Of a stretch of 64,000 nt of DNA, positions 1 through 12,600 are shown piece by piece. The translations under genes and the position numbers were made by a program. Origin of the DNA: Hypanus sabinus (taxonomy: Eukaryota). Position 1 is the first letter of the stretch, and the number at the start of each line of letters is the position of its first letter. The notes below the pieces were generated by a model. It had not been told where the DNA came from, did no database searches, and saw only the letters and a list, made by a program, of their open reading frames with translations. Where the stretch lies: positions 93,682,001 through 93,746,000 of the forward strand of contig NC_082714.1 in assembly GCF_030144855.1 (NCBI RefSeq), read 5' to 3'.

Positions 1-54
1 TGCTGCATCATCGATTAAAAAACCACTCCCTTGTTTTTTAAACAGCTTTGGAAC

Positions 55-405
55 ACAGGAAGCGTGAAACATGTTAGAAACTTCCTCGCCCGCCTCTAAC
101 ATAACCTTCGCCGCATGGAAACATCGCTAAAACCACTTCATCAAACACTTGTAGATTAAAAATTAACCCCGACAATGTAGCTGCCCTGCCAACTGTATGT
201 ACTTCTCTGGAGGAAGACTTCCTGTCCTAATTAGGCCTTCATGATAAATCTAACCAGAGTCCCGTCTATAGTCTGACAGACGAGAGTTAGTACTATGTAG
301 GGTGCTTCGAGTGTGGCTTGACCAACGCGAGTAAGCGTTTATGTTTTTTATGTGCTTGCCAACCGCGTTCCATCTGCGTGTACCTGGCCCTGAGTAAACA
401 GGAAA
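55..405 (+). promoter_or_regulatory. Putative proximal promoter of gene A with clustered ETS-type GGAA motifs
   Basis: ACAGGAAG 55-62, ACTTCCTC ~80-87, GAGGAAGACTTCCTGT 210-225 and AAACAGGAAA 396-405 lie within 520 bp upstream of the leader ATG. Short motifs only; function inferred. Confidence 0.25.
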
Positions 406-574
406 CCCGCAGAACGCCTCTACCTTTTTCCAATACAACCAAACGTTTACTAATATGTATTACGTTTGATTCTCATCATTTACAAAGGATCTCGTCCCCT
501 CCCTTGCGCCAACTTTACAAACCGATGGACACGCGTCTGCGATTAACACCCGGAGTTTAACTCGGTCACGAACA

Positions 575-617
575 ATGAGATGCTGCGCGTTCTTCGCGCT
601 CTTTTACTTAGTGCAAG
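575..617 (+). CDS. Gene A leader (signal peptide) exon
   Basis: ATG..MRCCAFFALFYLVQ+G then gtgag donor (phase 1); joins the 1042 acceptor (ttttcttag) in frame. Confidence 0.8.
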
Positions 618-3600
618 GTGAGCGACCCGAGTTTCGAGAAGAGAAAAGCTTGGACGGCTGGTTTAGAGGGAATGCTGATCGTTAATTAACTGAAGGGATT
701 TGGTAGAATAAATAAGTGGATTCTAATTTTTGTTTAACTACCGATACCGATCATCACAGAAGGTAGAATTAGGAAGGTAGATTACACTGGAGAGAAGGTG
801 CGGTAAATTAATTCCCACCCCACCAGGGAATGAAGTAACTGGGATTTCCAATGGAGTTTTAAGAAGGGGATTTAGATACAATTATGAGAGTAGAGCAGCC
901 GGTAATACAATTAACTTAGAGGCTGAGCATGCTGCTCTTTCTGTGTTCCAAAGTCTCAATTAGTAAAAAGATGGCGCGAGGTTGAAGTCACTATGTTATC
1001 AGTGAGAGGACCACTCTGTGATCAAATCTTCCTTTTCTTAGTTTGTGTGTCTCAGGTCGCCTTGTTCCAGTCTCCGCCGATTCAGACCGTCCATGTCGGA
1101 GATCGAGCCATCCTGAATTGTAGCCGGGTCCTCGGTGTGCTTCCTTATATATACTGGTATAAACGGAGCGACCAAAGGCATCTGCAGTTCGTTTCCAGGG
1201 TGGGCAAATTCGTGGAAACGAAGGGGTGGTTCTCGGGGCAAGTAGACGAAAAGTTGGCCACTTACGCCCTGGTGATTGAAAAAGTCCAGCAAAATGATTC
1301 CGGGATCTACTTTTGCGCAGACCAGCTCTATGGAGATTTCGGCAATGGATCCAAACTAGTGGTCACAGGTATCTCGTCGTAACAAGTAACATACACTTCT
1401 GCTTTTTTATAGTCCATCACCTCTACTGGGCACAGACGCGGAAAGCAGCTCGCTAGAGTTTTCTATCCTGTGCCACTTTCAAATTGTCCCAGTGTGTAGC
1501 CGATTTCCGGAAATCCCTCTTCTCCCAGGGAGCTTCCGTTTGCGTTACTGTAGCACTGCTGTTTTACGGGATGGGGTTACGAACCTCATGCCCAACCATA
1601 CTCCTTTCGTAGCCGGGCTTAGGACTGTATAGAGCGGCGTTTTGCTGAGGACCAGAGATTACGTAGAGGGTATAACTAATACGTTCACGAATGAGACGGG
1701 CATTTGTGATGTTGTTGGAAGTACGGAGATTAGGTTTGAAATACAGAGTGATACTGCTGAGGTTAATTGTATAATTTAGAGATACAGCACGGCATCAGTA
1801 TCTTTCACTTACGAGTGAATTATCACATCTTTAAAATGAGGGAGGAAATCGGAGCTCTCGGAGGAACTCCACGCGTTCCCGTACTAACCCCTTACAGCTA
1901 CCGACGGGGACTGAACCATAGTCTTACAGTTGGCTCAGTAAAGCGTTGCCATAATCGCTACGCTACCGTGCCACCCCTAAATGTGGTCAGAATAACGGCA
2001 CATGTAAATTAAATTTGAGAAATTTGAGGCAATGTGTTTTGGAAGCTCGGAAACAGATATAATGAACAGCAGTAGCAAGGGAGAATTGGAGACAAGTTGG
2101 TGAAGCAAACATAACAAATACTTCTCTTCAGTTGCGGCTGGATAGAATCTAAGCGCAAGGAAGTGGGTATAGTCGAACTGATGAACAGATTAATCAAACC
2201 ACAATTGGAGTCGCGTGTTAAAATTGGAGACAGGGAGTTAATTGGAGCAAGGGCACGATTGCGCTGGGGAGGATGCAGAGAGGATTCATCACTTTTGCGT
2301 CCGCGAATTTCTCGCATATTTAATGCTCATTATAAAAGATTCATGTCGGATCTTTAAGATCCGACAAGCGAGGTCTTTAATTATGTGTGTAGGTTACCAA
2401 TGAGGGAAGGAATGCTACTTAACCATATGTAAGTGAATGAAGTTTGTGATAAGACCACAAATAATCTCTTCACTTTCATGGCAGATGTATTTTCCTTCCC
2501 GATCACATTCTCCTGCCTTCTCCCAATAACTTTTGAGACCCTTACTAATTAAGATCCTATCAACCTCGGCTTTAAATATTGGTCTGCATAGCTCCCTGTG
2601 ACAATGAATTACAAAGATTCACCACCTTCTGGCTCGTCAGTTTGAAAAAGTGTGAGCTTGGAAGCGGTTTTGGAATAGTGGCCGTGACTCCACATATTTC
2701 AAGTGGAGTTATATTTCAAGAAAATACAAGTTCGCATGAACCAGAAACAAACCTCTTAACCGGGGCAAATCCATGTTCGTTAATATCAGACAGGAACTGG
2801 ATAGAGTTCAACTGGAGCACCCGCTTGCCGGTAAGTCCCTATGTGTATGGAAGAAATAGAAAAAACTCAGGCCCTACATGCTCCTGTAAGGATAAAAGGA
2901 AGAGGTCATAATCTCAGTGAATTACGGACGACAAGGTTTTGAGGACGGATAAAATTAAAAAAGAAGTGAAACGTAGGTTACGTATAGAAAGTTAAAGACG
3001 ATCGAATCTCTTCCTGGTAGCAAATTGGTAGGCGATGCTTAAACGGCAGATTAAGTAAGGTCACAAAATATCAATGGCAAGTATTAAGAGTTTATCTGCA
3101 AGCCAACTAAAAGCGTATTAAGGGCGAAATATCATCCAAGGAAATATTAGAGCCCATTACAAGCAACGGACGAATCGGTCTTTGGAGCTAGAAGGTATTG
3201 GAATGGTGTTAAATGAGTACGCTTCATCAGAATTCACAAAGGTAGCGCACCTTGTAGATGGAGGCATCAGTGAAGGGGAAGGTGAACGTTTGGTGTAAAT
3301 CTCAATAAATTAAGAACACGGGCTTTAAAAGTCCCAAAATCACTGGATCTATCCTAGGATTTTGTGGCAAGCAAAGTGTGAGATTGCTGGGTCTTTAAGT
3401 GAGGTATTGTAAATTTACGTGGTATACATGTGAGGCTCCTGGAAGGTAGCAGGTGGAGTACCAGGGCAAAGACTGGCAAAAATAGACCTATGAGTGGTAG
3501 GGATCTCAAAAGACTGAGCTTCGAGGGGCAGGATTAATAAAATGTTGCAGTGACAAGGTCTAAACAGAGACAGCCAAGCTGGCTGTGTCAATAGCTGATC

Positions 3601-6600
3601 ATGTCCGAGAAATCTGAATCGAAATTCTTGAAGAGATAGCCAAGTCTATGATATAGACAGTGCAATCAATGTATGTTTTACATGCACTTCAGTGAAGCCT
3701 CTGACAAGGTCTTACATAGACATTGACCAGAGCAATGTCGCAAACGATTCTACAATGGACTGGCAACAAGGACAAGTGAAGGTTGGATGCCTGATACGAG
3801 GGGTATTCTCAAAGAATAGATGGTGGAACCTTGGCTGTTTGAAATACTCTTGCATAGCTTAGATTCTGATATAAGAAGCAAGATCAGTAAATTTGTGGAG
3901 AACATAAAGAAGGGCGAAATAGTGGTTAGTACGGATAGTGTGAAAGTTAGTCTTTGTCCAAGGGCTGATACTGAAGTGTTGATGAAATGCATTATAAATG
4001 TTAACCCGGAACCGCGCGAGTGGACGCGTTTTGGGAGGATTAATGAGGAAAAAACATGAGAAACATAGAAGTTGAGGGACAGAAGGACCTTGGAATACAA
4101 ATCCAGTGATCATTCAAGGCGGCATCGCACGTACATACTGTGATTATGAAGGCAAATGGATATTGGCCTTTCATTAGTCAGGTTATTGAATAGAGAGGCA
4201 GGTAGGTTATAGACACGAAGGCCATAGACAGCAGGAGGCCGTTCCACATATTTGAGGTAGACAAACAAAAGTGAATAGAATTATGATAAGGTAAAAGATT
4301 ATCGTGGGGAGCTGAAGAGGAGCAACCACCATAGACCGGTTACGGTAGATTTTCTGACAGTATCTAGAAGGTGTCGAGATGCGTTAATTGATTACTTAGA
4401 CAGAAGGGTCTTTGCTAAGTGTAGGAAGATTGGATTAATGTGGATTGGTGCCAACTGGTCGAGACGGTGAGACACATTGTCTGCTTCCCGGCTGGAGGTC
4501 TCTATCACAACGATGTCGTTTCGTTTGCGAGGAGCGGCTGTAACGTTGCTTTGTTTTCCTTGGGGTGGAGAGGGTAAGCTGATAGAAGTGTGAGCCATCA
4601 GCTGAGTCTAATCACGGGACAGTATACAATGACCAATTAATCTACTGACTGGTACGAGTCTGGACTGTGTCAGGAATCCGGAGCATCCGGTGGAAACCCA
4701 CGCTCTCCACGAGGAATGGTGTTTCAGGGCGACAAACTCCTTACAGTGGAAGCCGGGGTTGAACTCCAAACTCCGTCTCCTTGAAGTATAATAGCTTCGC
4801 GCTAAAAGCTCTGCTGCCAAAGCGCTGGTAAATGCATCGATAAACCTATATAGAGGAGGGCTGCGAGATTTAGAGAAGGCTTGAAGAAAGATGTTTCTCT
4901 CCGTGGGGCGTTGGGATCTCACTCCCTGAGGGGAAGCGATGTAGCTACACGCTCAGTTTTAGAGGTGAACAATCTCAGACAGAGGGCCTTATAAACTAGG
5001 ATTAGTAGAGATATGTAATACACCGCCAGCACGGGGAAGATGGCCAGATTAGCCTGTTTTTGAAACGGTGATTAAAATTGGCCATCCAATTAATACAGTG
5101 TTGCTGTGTTTTCCGCATCCAGCACAATCTCCTACCATATTCTTGTTAGCGCCGCACGCGGATCAAATTGCTGAAAAGCAACTGGTGATGTGTTTGGTGA
5201 GAGGCGTGTCTTCCCACTCCCTGCGCATCCGCTGGAACGTATCGGGAAATACCACAGAAGGTCGCGTTGATCCACCGATATTTGATCCGGACGGAGGCTA
5301 CAGCGTTAGAAGCCGCTTCCAGATCCCGACGGAAAGTTGGCGTAGCGGGACCGTCTGCTCTTGCGCCACTGGACATCTGGTCAGTGACATCTGGTGAGTG
5401 TCTCCGCTCAGAAAGGTATCGTAGAAACTAGCGATTCCCATCAGCATAATGACGCGAGGCCATTCGGCCCTTTATATTTATGCCTAGCATCGAGTTATCC
5501 CGCTCTACAGCGCTGTCTCCGTGGCCCCAACTGCTCTATTGCCGCATTCAAACACTGTGCTAATGTGAGCAGAGCTTCCCCCCCTCGCCACCGATCATGG
5601 AAACTTTCACCTCTATCCGAGTGAAACCCTTTCCCTCATTTCCTTTATCATCACTCAAAACTAACTTTTAATGGGCATCTCTTGTTTTGGCCACTCTGCT
5701 CAGGGAAATGGTCAGAATCAGAATCAGATTTATTATCATTGACTTTTCATTCATAATAATTCACTTTAGATTTTTCAGACTACAAAGTACATTTATTATC
5801 AGAGTATTTACAGGTCACGATATATCGCATTGAGGTCACAGACATTCAGAGTCGAATTACAGCAGAATTTGTGAAAAAGATATGAATAACGAAGACTGAC
5901 AAACAACCAACGTACAAACGAAGTCAAATCGTACAAATAATAAATAATTTAATAAATAATAATGAGTTGTAGAGTCCTTAAAAGTACTCATCACCCGACA
6001 CACGACTCCGATAAATTTTGGACAGATAAGCTTTAATAGTCAAGAGTACATCGAAAAATACAGTAAACTGCGTCTTGTGCGTCAAATCTAATCAGTGATG
6101 GTGTACTGGGGTTGCCCGTAAGTGCCGCCATGCTTCCGACGGCAGCAGAGCATGCCTGTAACTCACTAACCCAAACGCTATGTCCTCGGAATGTGAGGGC
6201 AAACCGGAACACCCAGAGGCAACACACGGGGTTACCGGGAGAATGTACAATCACTTTGCAGACAACAACAGGAACCGAGCCAGGATCTTTCAGCCAGCAC
6301 TGAATGTCTTTTCGCTAACCGATACGTTACCGCACTGACCTATAAATTTACCCATAGTACCTCAGAATTTATATAATGGGAGAAACCGGCTACAAAACAT
6401 TCAACTAATCACAACTCACCATTGTGGAACGAGCTTCCAGTAGAAGTGGGAGAGGCAGGTTCGGTATTGTCATTCAAAGTGGAATTGGATAAGCATATGG
6501 ACAGGAAAGGAATGGAGGGTTATGGGCTGAGTGCGGGACAGTGGGAGTAGGTGAAAGTAAGCGTTTGGCTTGGACTAGAAGGGCCGAAATGGCCTATTTC

Positions 6601-9600
6601 TGTACTGTAATTTTTATATGGTTATTTAGTTTTAAGACATAAGTCGTTCAGGCCCGAATATGACCTATTCACCGCCGACTCTCTGTGGGTTAACTATTCC
6701 TCTCTCCAGGCCAATATCTCGCTTCCCAGCGTCGGGCGCGCTTAACCTGTGAGCTACCTGTGTCAAATCGAACACCTCTGAACACCCGCGAGCTACCTGT
6801 GACAAATCGAACACCTCGGAACACCCGCGGCCCTGAAGGTTCCAGTTCGCGTTTACCGATCATATTTGCTATAATCTCAAAAGTTAGTAGACTTCAAACT
6901 GAGATCTCCCTGGCCCTGATCTATATCTTTATGGGCCTTTTGAACAGATCTCTTACACGATTTAGATAGGTACATGGATGAACGGAAAATGTAGGATAAT
7001 GTAGAAAGGGAGGATTAGACTGATTTTAGAGTGAAAAGTTCGGCACAACATCATTATGTCTGTACTGTGCTGTACAGATTTCCGTTGCGTGATCTAATTT
7101 ATCTCAAAATCAAGTCGTCATGGCTCTTGCATCTCTTTATTAACCAAAACCGCGCTTTCTTTGTAACTGCAATACTTCATTCCCCAGTTTCTCCTTTTGT
7201 GCTACTCGCTGTTTTATGTGCGATATGATCTGTCTGGACGGCAAACTTTTCACTGCATTTCGCTTTATGTGATGATAATAAACCTGATACTAATTTCTAT
7301 AATCTTCCAAGATTTATTACATTCCAAATTAGACCCCAGATACAAAGCTTGCAAAGGAAAGTGAACAATCAGATCATTTTCTATGACATTCCCTCAGGCT
7401 CTTACAGTCCTTAATCTCGTGCAGTTATTGGCCGAGTCAGGACTTGAGACACACTGTCCCCGATTTCTGACCTTTGTATCCCCTTTAGCCTTGCCGCATA
7501 GTAAGGGAAATCATACTTGCATTGACTCTTTGTTGCCACATAGGTAACAGCAACGCCTTCCTAACTGTGAGGCAGCGGGAATATCTGGTGGAATGCCACA
7601 TGATCACGCGGAAACGTGCACACTTCACAGAAGGGACATTCTAGAGCTTGATCGAAATCGTGACCTCAGAGTAACGAGCTACCTTTACAATAGGATAGAG
7701 CGAACATATCCGAGACAGAGCGACACACAGCGAATGACGTTGGCCAGGAAGCGAAGGGTAAACAGTGACTACCCTCCCCAATCTTGAAAGAAGTGTTACA
7801 GAAAGGATCGTTAATGATATTGGTATTAACCCAGTGTCAGTCTAGAGCAGAAGTGGAAGAACCTGTAAATGCCACCGGGAGCCCAAGTACCAGTATAGGG
7901 TTACTGCCCCGAAAGGCCAATTCCTGTGACGAGTAGAGAGCCATTTGGATAGACTGTTGTAGAGATCTAAGGTCAGTATTTTCAGGAGGAATCAGAGATC
8001 AGAGCATAACACCACAAGACGTTGTATTATTCAGCTCATCTAGTCTGCTCCGCTATTCCATCGTCGCTGCTTCACTATCGCCCTCAAACCTATTTTCCTG
8101 CCTTTTCCCGAAACCTCTGACATTCTTGCTAATTGAGAAATCATCATCCTCTCCTTTAAGTATATCAATTGTGAACTCAGCTAGCTCCATCATGGCCTAC
8201 AGAATCCTCGGTAACCTGGACACTTACAAACAATCATGCTTCAAAAAGGGGCATCTATTATTACGGGCCCCATCACCCAGGACATGCCCTCTACGCATTG
8301 CTTCTCTGAAGATGGAACTATAAGAGTCTGAAAAAACACACTCAAAGTTTTAGGTGCAGCTTATTCCCCTTCGCCATCAGATATCTGAATGGATAATTAA
8401 CCATGAACACTACCTCACGATTTCCCTTTCTGTTTGCCCGACTTATTAAATTTGCAGACGGACACATACATATACTTACCATTGTAATTTATAGTTTTGA
8501 TTATTGCACATTGCAATATACTGCTACAGCAACACAGCAAGTCTCACGACAAATGTCTGATTCTAATTCTGATCATACTTTGAATTTATGTACAATCTGC
8601 TAAGTAATTATGACGCACAGGCCAACAAATGCAGATTGGAACTAATTATTTTTAATTGAAAGTTGATTCTATGTCCTTCAGACAGCCTGCAGCTCCAGCT
8701 CTGTCATGTGCTTTCAATTGGCCTCGTAGCGACCCTCGTGTTCCTTGCTGCAGGAGCGACCACTGTGGCCATCAGGAAGTATCGGAAGGAACACAAACCA
8801 GGTAACGTGTTGGCCTTAACCCAATCATGACCTGATCTTCTCGCCAAACAGTGAATAATCCCTTTGAAGAAAAGCTCACTTTTAAACATTTCTTTCAATC
8901 AGTAAAAGGAGAAACGGCAGGTAAAAGCACCACCACCCGGCGAAAGGATCGAGAACGTGATGTAAGTGCACACAATTTCTAGTACACCTCTAAACCTGCT
9001 CGTAAATGCGATACCCTGGCGTATTCTGGCACACCATTCTGTAGAGCTTTCTGAGGCTGGTTTAAAAAAAAACAAACATCAGTGGCAGTGATGTGGACGA
9101 AACCGACTTCTTAATGAGAGTGGTTACAAGAGAATGGGCAGACTGGTTCAAGCTGATAGGAAAGCGAAAGTAACTTAAATCATCACGTGTTACGACAGTG
9201 GTGTCAGAAGAGCATCCCTGAGCGCACAGTGCGTCGAACCTTGAAGTGAATGAGCTACAACAGCAGAATACCACACTGGGTTCCATTCTTGTACCCAACA
9301 ATGCCATCTACAAGTAGGTAATCGCTTTGCCCGTAGAATTGCACAACACGGGAATGGTACTTCAGCCTACGATGCTCTATTGAGCGAATTGAATTAGAAA
9401 TCAATAACCCAACTACACTACTCACTTCCGCTTGAAGATTGTCCATATTCTTCAATTTCGAGCGCATCTGTATCCCTATCGTAAAGTCTGCAGACACGAG
9501 GAAATCTGCAGATGCTGGAAATTCAACTTACACACAGGATATGCAGGTGGAACGCAGCAGGCCAGGCAGCATCTAGAGGGAGAAGCGCTGTCGACGTTTT

Positions 9601-12600
9601 CGGCCAAGACCCTTCGTCAGGACTAAGTGAAAGGAAAGAGAGTAAGAGATTTGAAAGTGGGGTGGAGGGGAAAATGCGAAATGATAGGACAAGACCGGAG
9701 GGGGTGGGGTGCTGAGATCCGGAAAGGTGATTGGCAAAAGGGATACAGAGCTGGAGAAGGGAAATGATCATGGGATGGGAGGCCGAGAGAGAAAGAATGG
9801 GGGAGGTGTGCACCAGAGGGAGATGGAGAACAGGCAGAGTGATGGGCAGAAAGAAAGGAAAAAAAGGAGGGGGGAAGACTAAATATATCAGGGATGGGGT
9901 AAGAAGGGAAAGAGGGGCATTGATGGAAGTTAGAGAAGTAAATGTTCATGCCATCAAGTTGGTGGCAACTCAGCCGGTATGTAATGTGTTGTTCCTCCAT
10001 CCTGTTTGTGGTTTCATCCTGACACTAGAGGAGGCCATGGATAGACATATCAGTCCTGCCATCAGTTTGGAGGCTTAGCTTCACCCACCCCCTCCGGTCT
10101 TCTCCTATCAATTCGCATTTTCCCCTCCCACCCACTTTAAAATCTCTTATTATCTTTCCTTTCAGTTAGTCCTGACGAAAGATCTCGGCCCGAAACTTCG
10201 ACAGTGCTTCTTCCAATAGATGCTGCTTGGACTGCTGCGTTCCACCAGCATTTGGTGTGTGTTGCGTAAGGTCTGCAGAACGGCTGTATCGCATTTTCCT
10301 CCACCAACACCTTGGGCAACCAATTTCGGGCTCCTACCATTCTCTCTGTTGAAACATTGACCTGCACATCTCCTTTGAAGTTACCCCAGTTTTCCTTAAA
10401 TGCATGCCTCGTTCCAGCAATGTGGAAAACCAATAGGGGCTACCTTTTCTATCTGTGTCTCTCATAATATGTATATCTCTGTCAAATTGCTCCTCAGATT
10501 CAGAAGTTCCAGAGATAACAAGTTTGTTGTTCAAGGTCAAGTTCAGTTTATTGTCATTCAGCCGTATTCATGTATATCGCCAAACGAAAACAACGTTCCT
10601 CCAGACCAATTTGCACAATTGGTACATATAACTTTCACACCACATATTGAGTAATATAACCATAATAACCACAAATATATTAACAAATAATACTATGCAT
10701 ACGGCACAAGTCAAAGGTAAACAGTATAACGCCAATGACACTTCATCCGTGCTGAGACATGGGTGGTGGCAGGGTGTTCAGTAGTCTCACGGCTTGTGGG
10801 ATGAAGCTGATTCCCACCCTAAAAGTTATTGTTTCAATACTCCGGTACCGCCTGCCTGATGGTAGGGGATAAGAAAGATTGTTGGAGGAATGAGAAGGAT
10901 TATTGACAATGTAAGAATTCCTATGCAGGACCAAACTCTCCTTACAGCAGATGCTCTGCATTTTAGACAAAATTCCAACGAACTTCTTCTGCACTTCTTT
11001 TAAAGCTTCAACATCCTTGCTATAATGGAGCCGACCAAAATTGAATTCAGAGATATATGAACTCAACTCCAAAATCCCTGTGTACGTCACTGGCGTTAAG
11101 GGTCTTGCCATTAATAGCGTACCACCCCTTTATAAAGCAACATTTCTCACTTGGTGGGATTAAACTCTGTCATTCACCCGTATCTGCAACTAATCTGTAT
11201 CCTTTGTTAGCCTTCGACACTGTGCACAACTTTGGTATCAGCTGCAAACTTACTAATCCACCCATTTACATTTTCATCCGGGTCATTTATATATATCACC
11301 TATGACAGGTCTCAGTACAGATCATTGCGGGACACAGCCCTCCAGCTAGAATAAGTCCTTTCGATCGGTACCTCTGTCATCAATGGGCAAACCTGTTGTG
11401 CATCCAAACGGCCAATTCGCCATGGATCCCATGCATTTTAAGCTTCGATTGAGCGACCTATATGGAACCTCGTCAAACGTCTCACTATAATCCATGTAGA
11501 CAACATCCATAGCTCTGCGGAAATACACCACCATCGTCACTTCATCAAAAATCTTACTCAAATTAGGAAGACACGACTTGCCCCGCACAAAGACAGGTTT
11601 TACAAACGCACATAAATCCGATCGTTAAGAATCATTTCCATTAACAACCCTACCACTGACAGGAGACTCACCGGTCTAAAATTCTCAAGATTATCCCTAT
11701 TTCTTTTCAAAAACAATGGAACATTAGCTAAGAGACCTGGCCTGTGGCTGTAGAGGCCCCTCTCAGTAATCCAGAGTATATCGTATCAAGACATCCATTA
11801 ATGTTCTTTAAGAGACCTAGTACCACCCCATTCTTTATCTCATAATGGACAAGCAAATATGTACCCTTCACACTGATCTCGCCACCTTCCACATTTTTCT
11901 CCTTGACGTCAAGCACTGAACCACATTTTTCACATCCATGCACATGTTCCCTCATTTATAATTCAGTTGTCCTATCTACTGCTAATTATCATCTTGCTCT
12001 TGATGTATGAATAGAACGACCTGGGATTCTCTTTAGTCCTACTTGCTAATGACTTGTCATGGCCCTTACTGGCCTTCGTAGCCGCTTCGAGTTACTTGCT
12101 AGCTTCTTTATAATTCTTAAGGGCTCTGCTTGATTTTTTAGCTTTGCAAACTTTTTTTTTAACCAAAAGATTCACTTTCTTTCTGGACCGGATTTGCTGT
12201 CTTTCTCATACCTGTGCCAAAGCAGCTGTTCCCAATTGACGCTGTCCAGTTTCTGTCTAATATTCACTAATTTACCCTGTTGGAATGTAATGGTATTTAT
12301 AATATTCTTATTTACAGCTATCTGAAAAAAAATCAATGTGTTTGTGATCTCGCTTCCTAAATGTTCCCCCAGTGAAAAGTCAGTCACTTGGCCTTGCTCA
12401 TATTCAAACTCCAGTTCAATTTTGCCCCATCTTCTTGTTGGAATATCCGCAGATGGACAGAGAAACTATTTAGGATTCAGCAAACAAATGTCGCACTGTA
12501 TAGATCTCTTGCTTTAAGAAGATCCCACTTTGTTAGGAAAGTTGAAGTCACCCACAACAACCCTGTATTTTGTATACTTTTGTGTAGGATTCATTGTTCT

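Noticed and set aside
9225-9231. RSS heptamer CACAGTG (also CACTGTG at 8761-8767)
   Set aside because: No nonamer at 12 or 23 bp spacing; the first lies in a Tc1 fragment and the second inside the TM exon, not next to V or J segments.
12453-12565. Exon-like segment containing VALYRSL in gene A intron
   Set aside because: Needs phase-2 entry, incompatible with the upstream phase-0 or phase-1 donors; the donor is weak.
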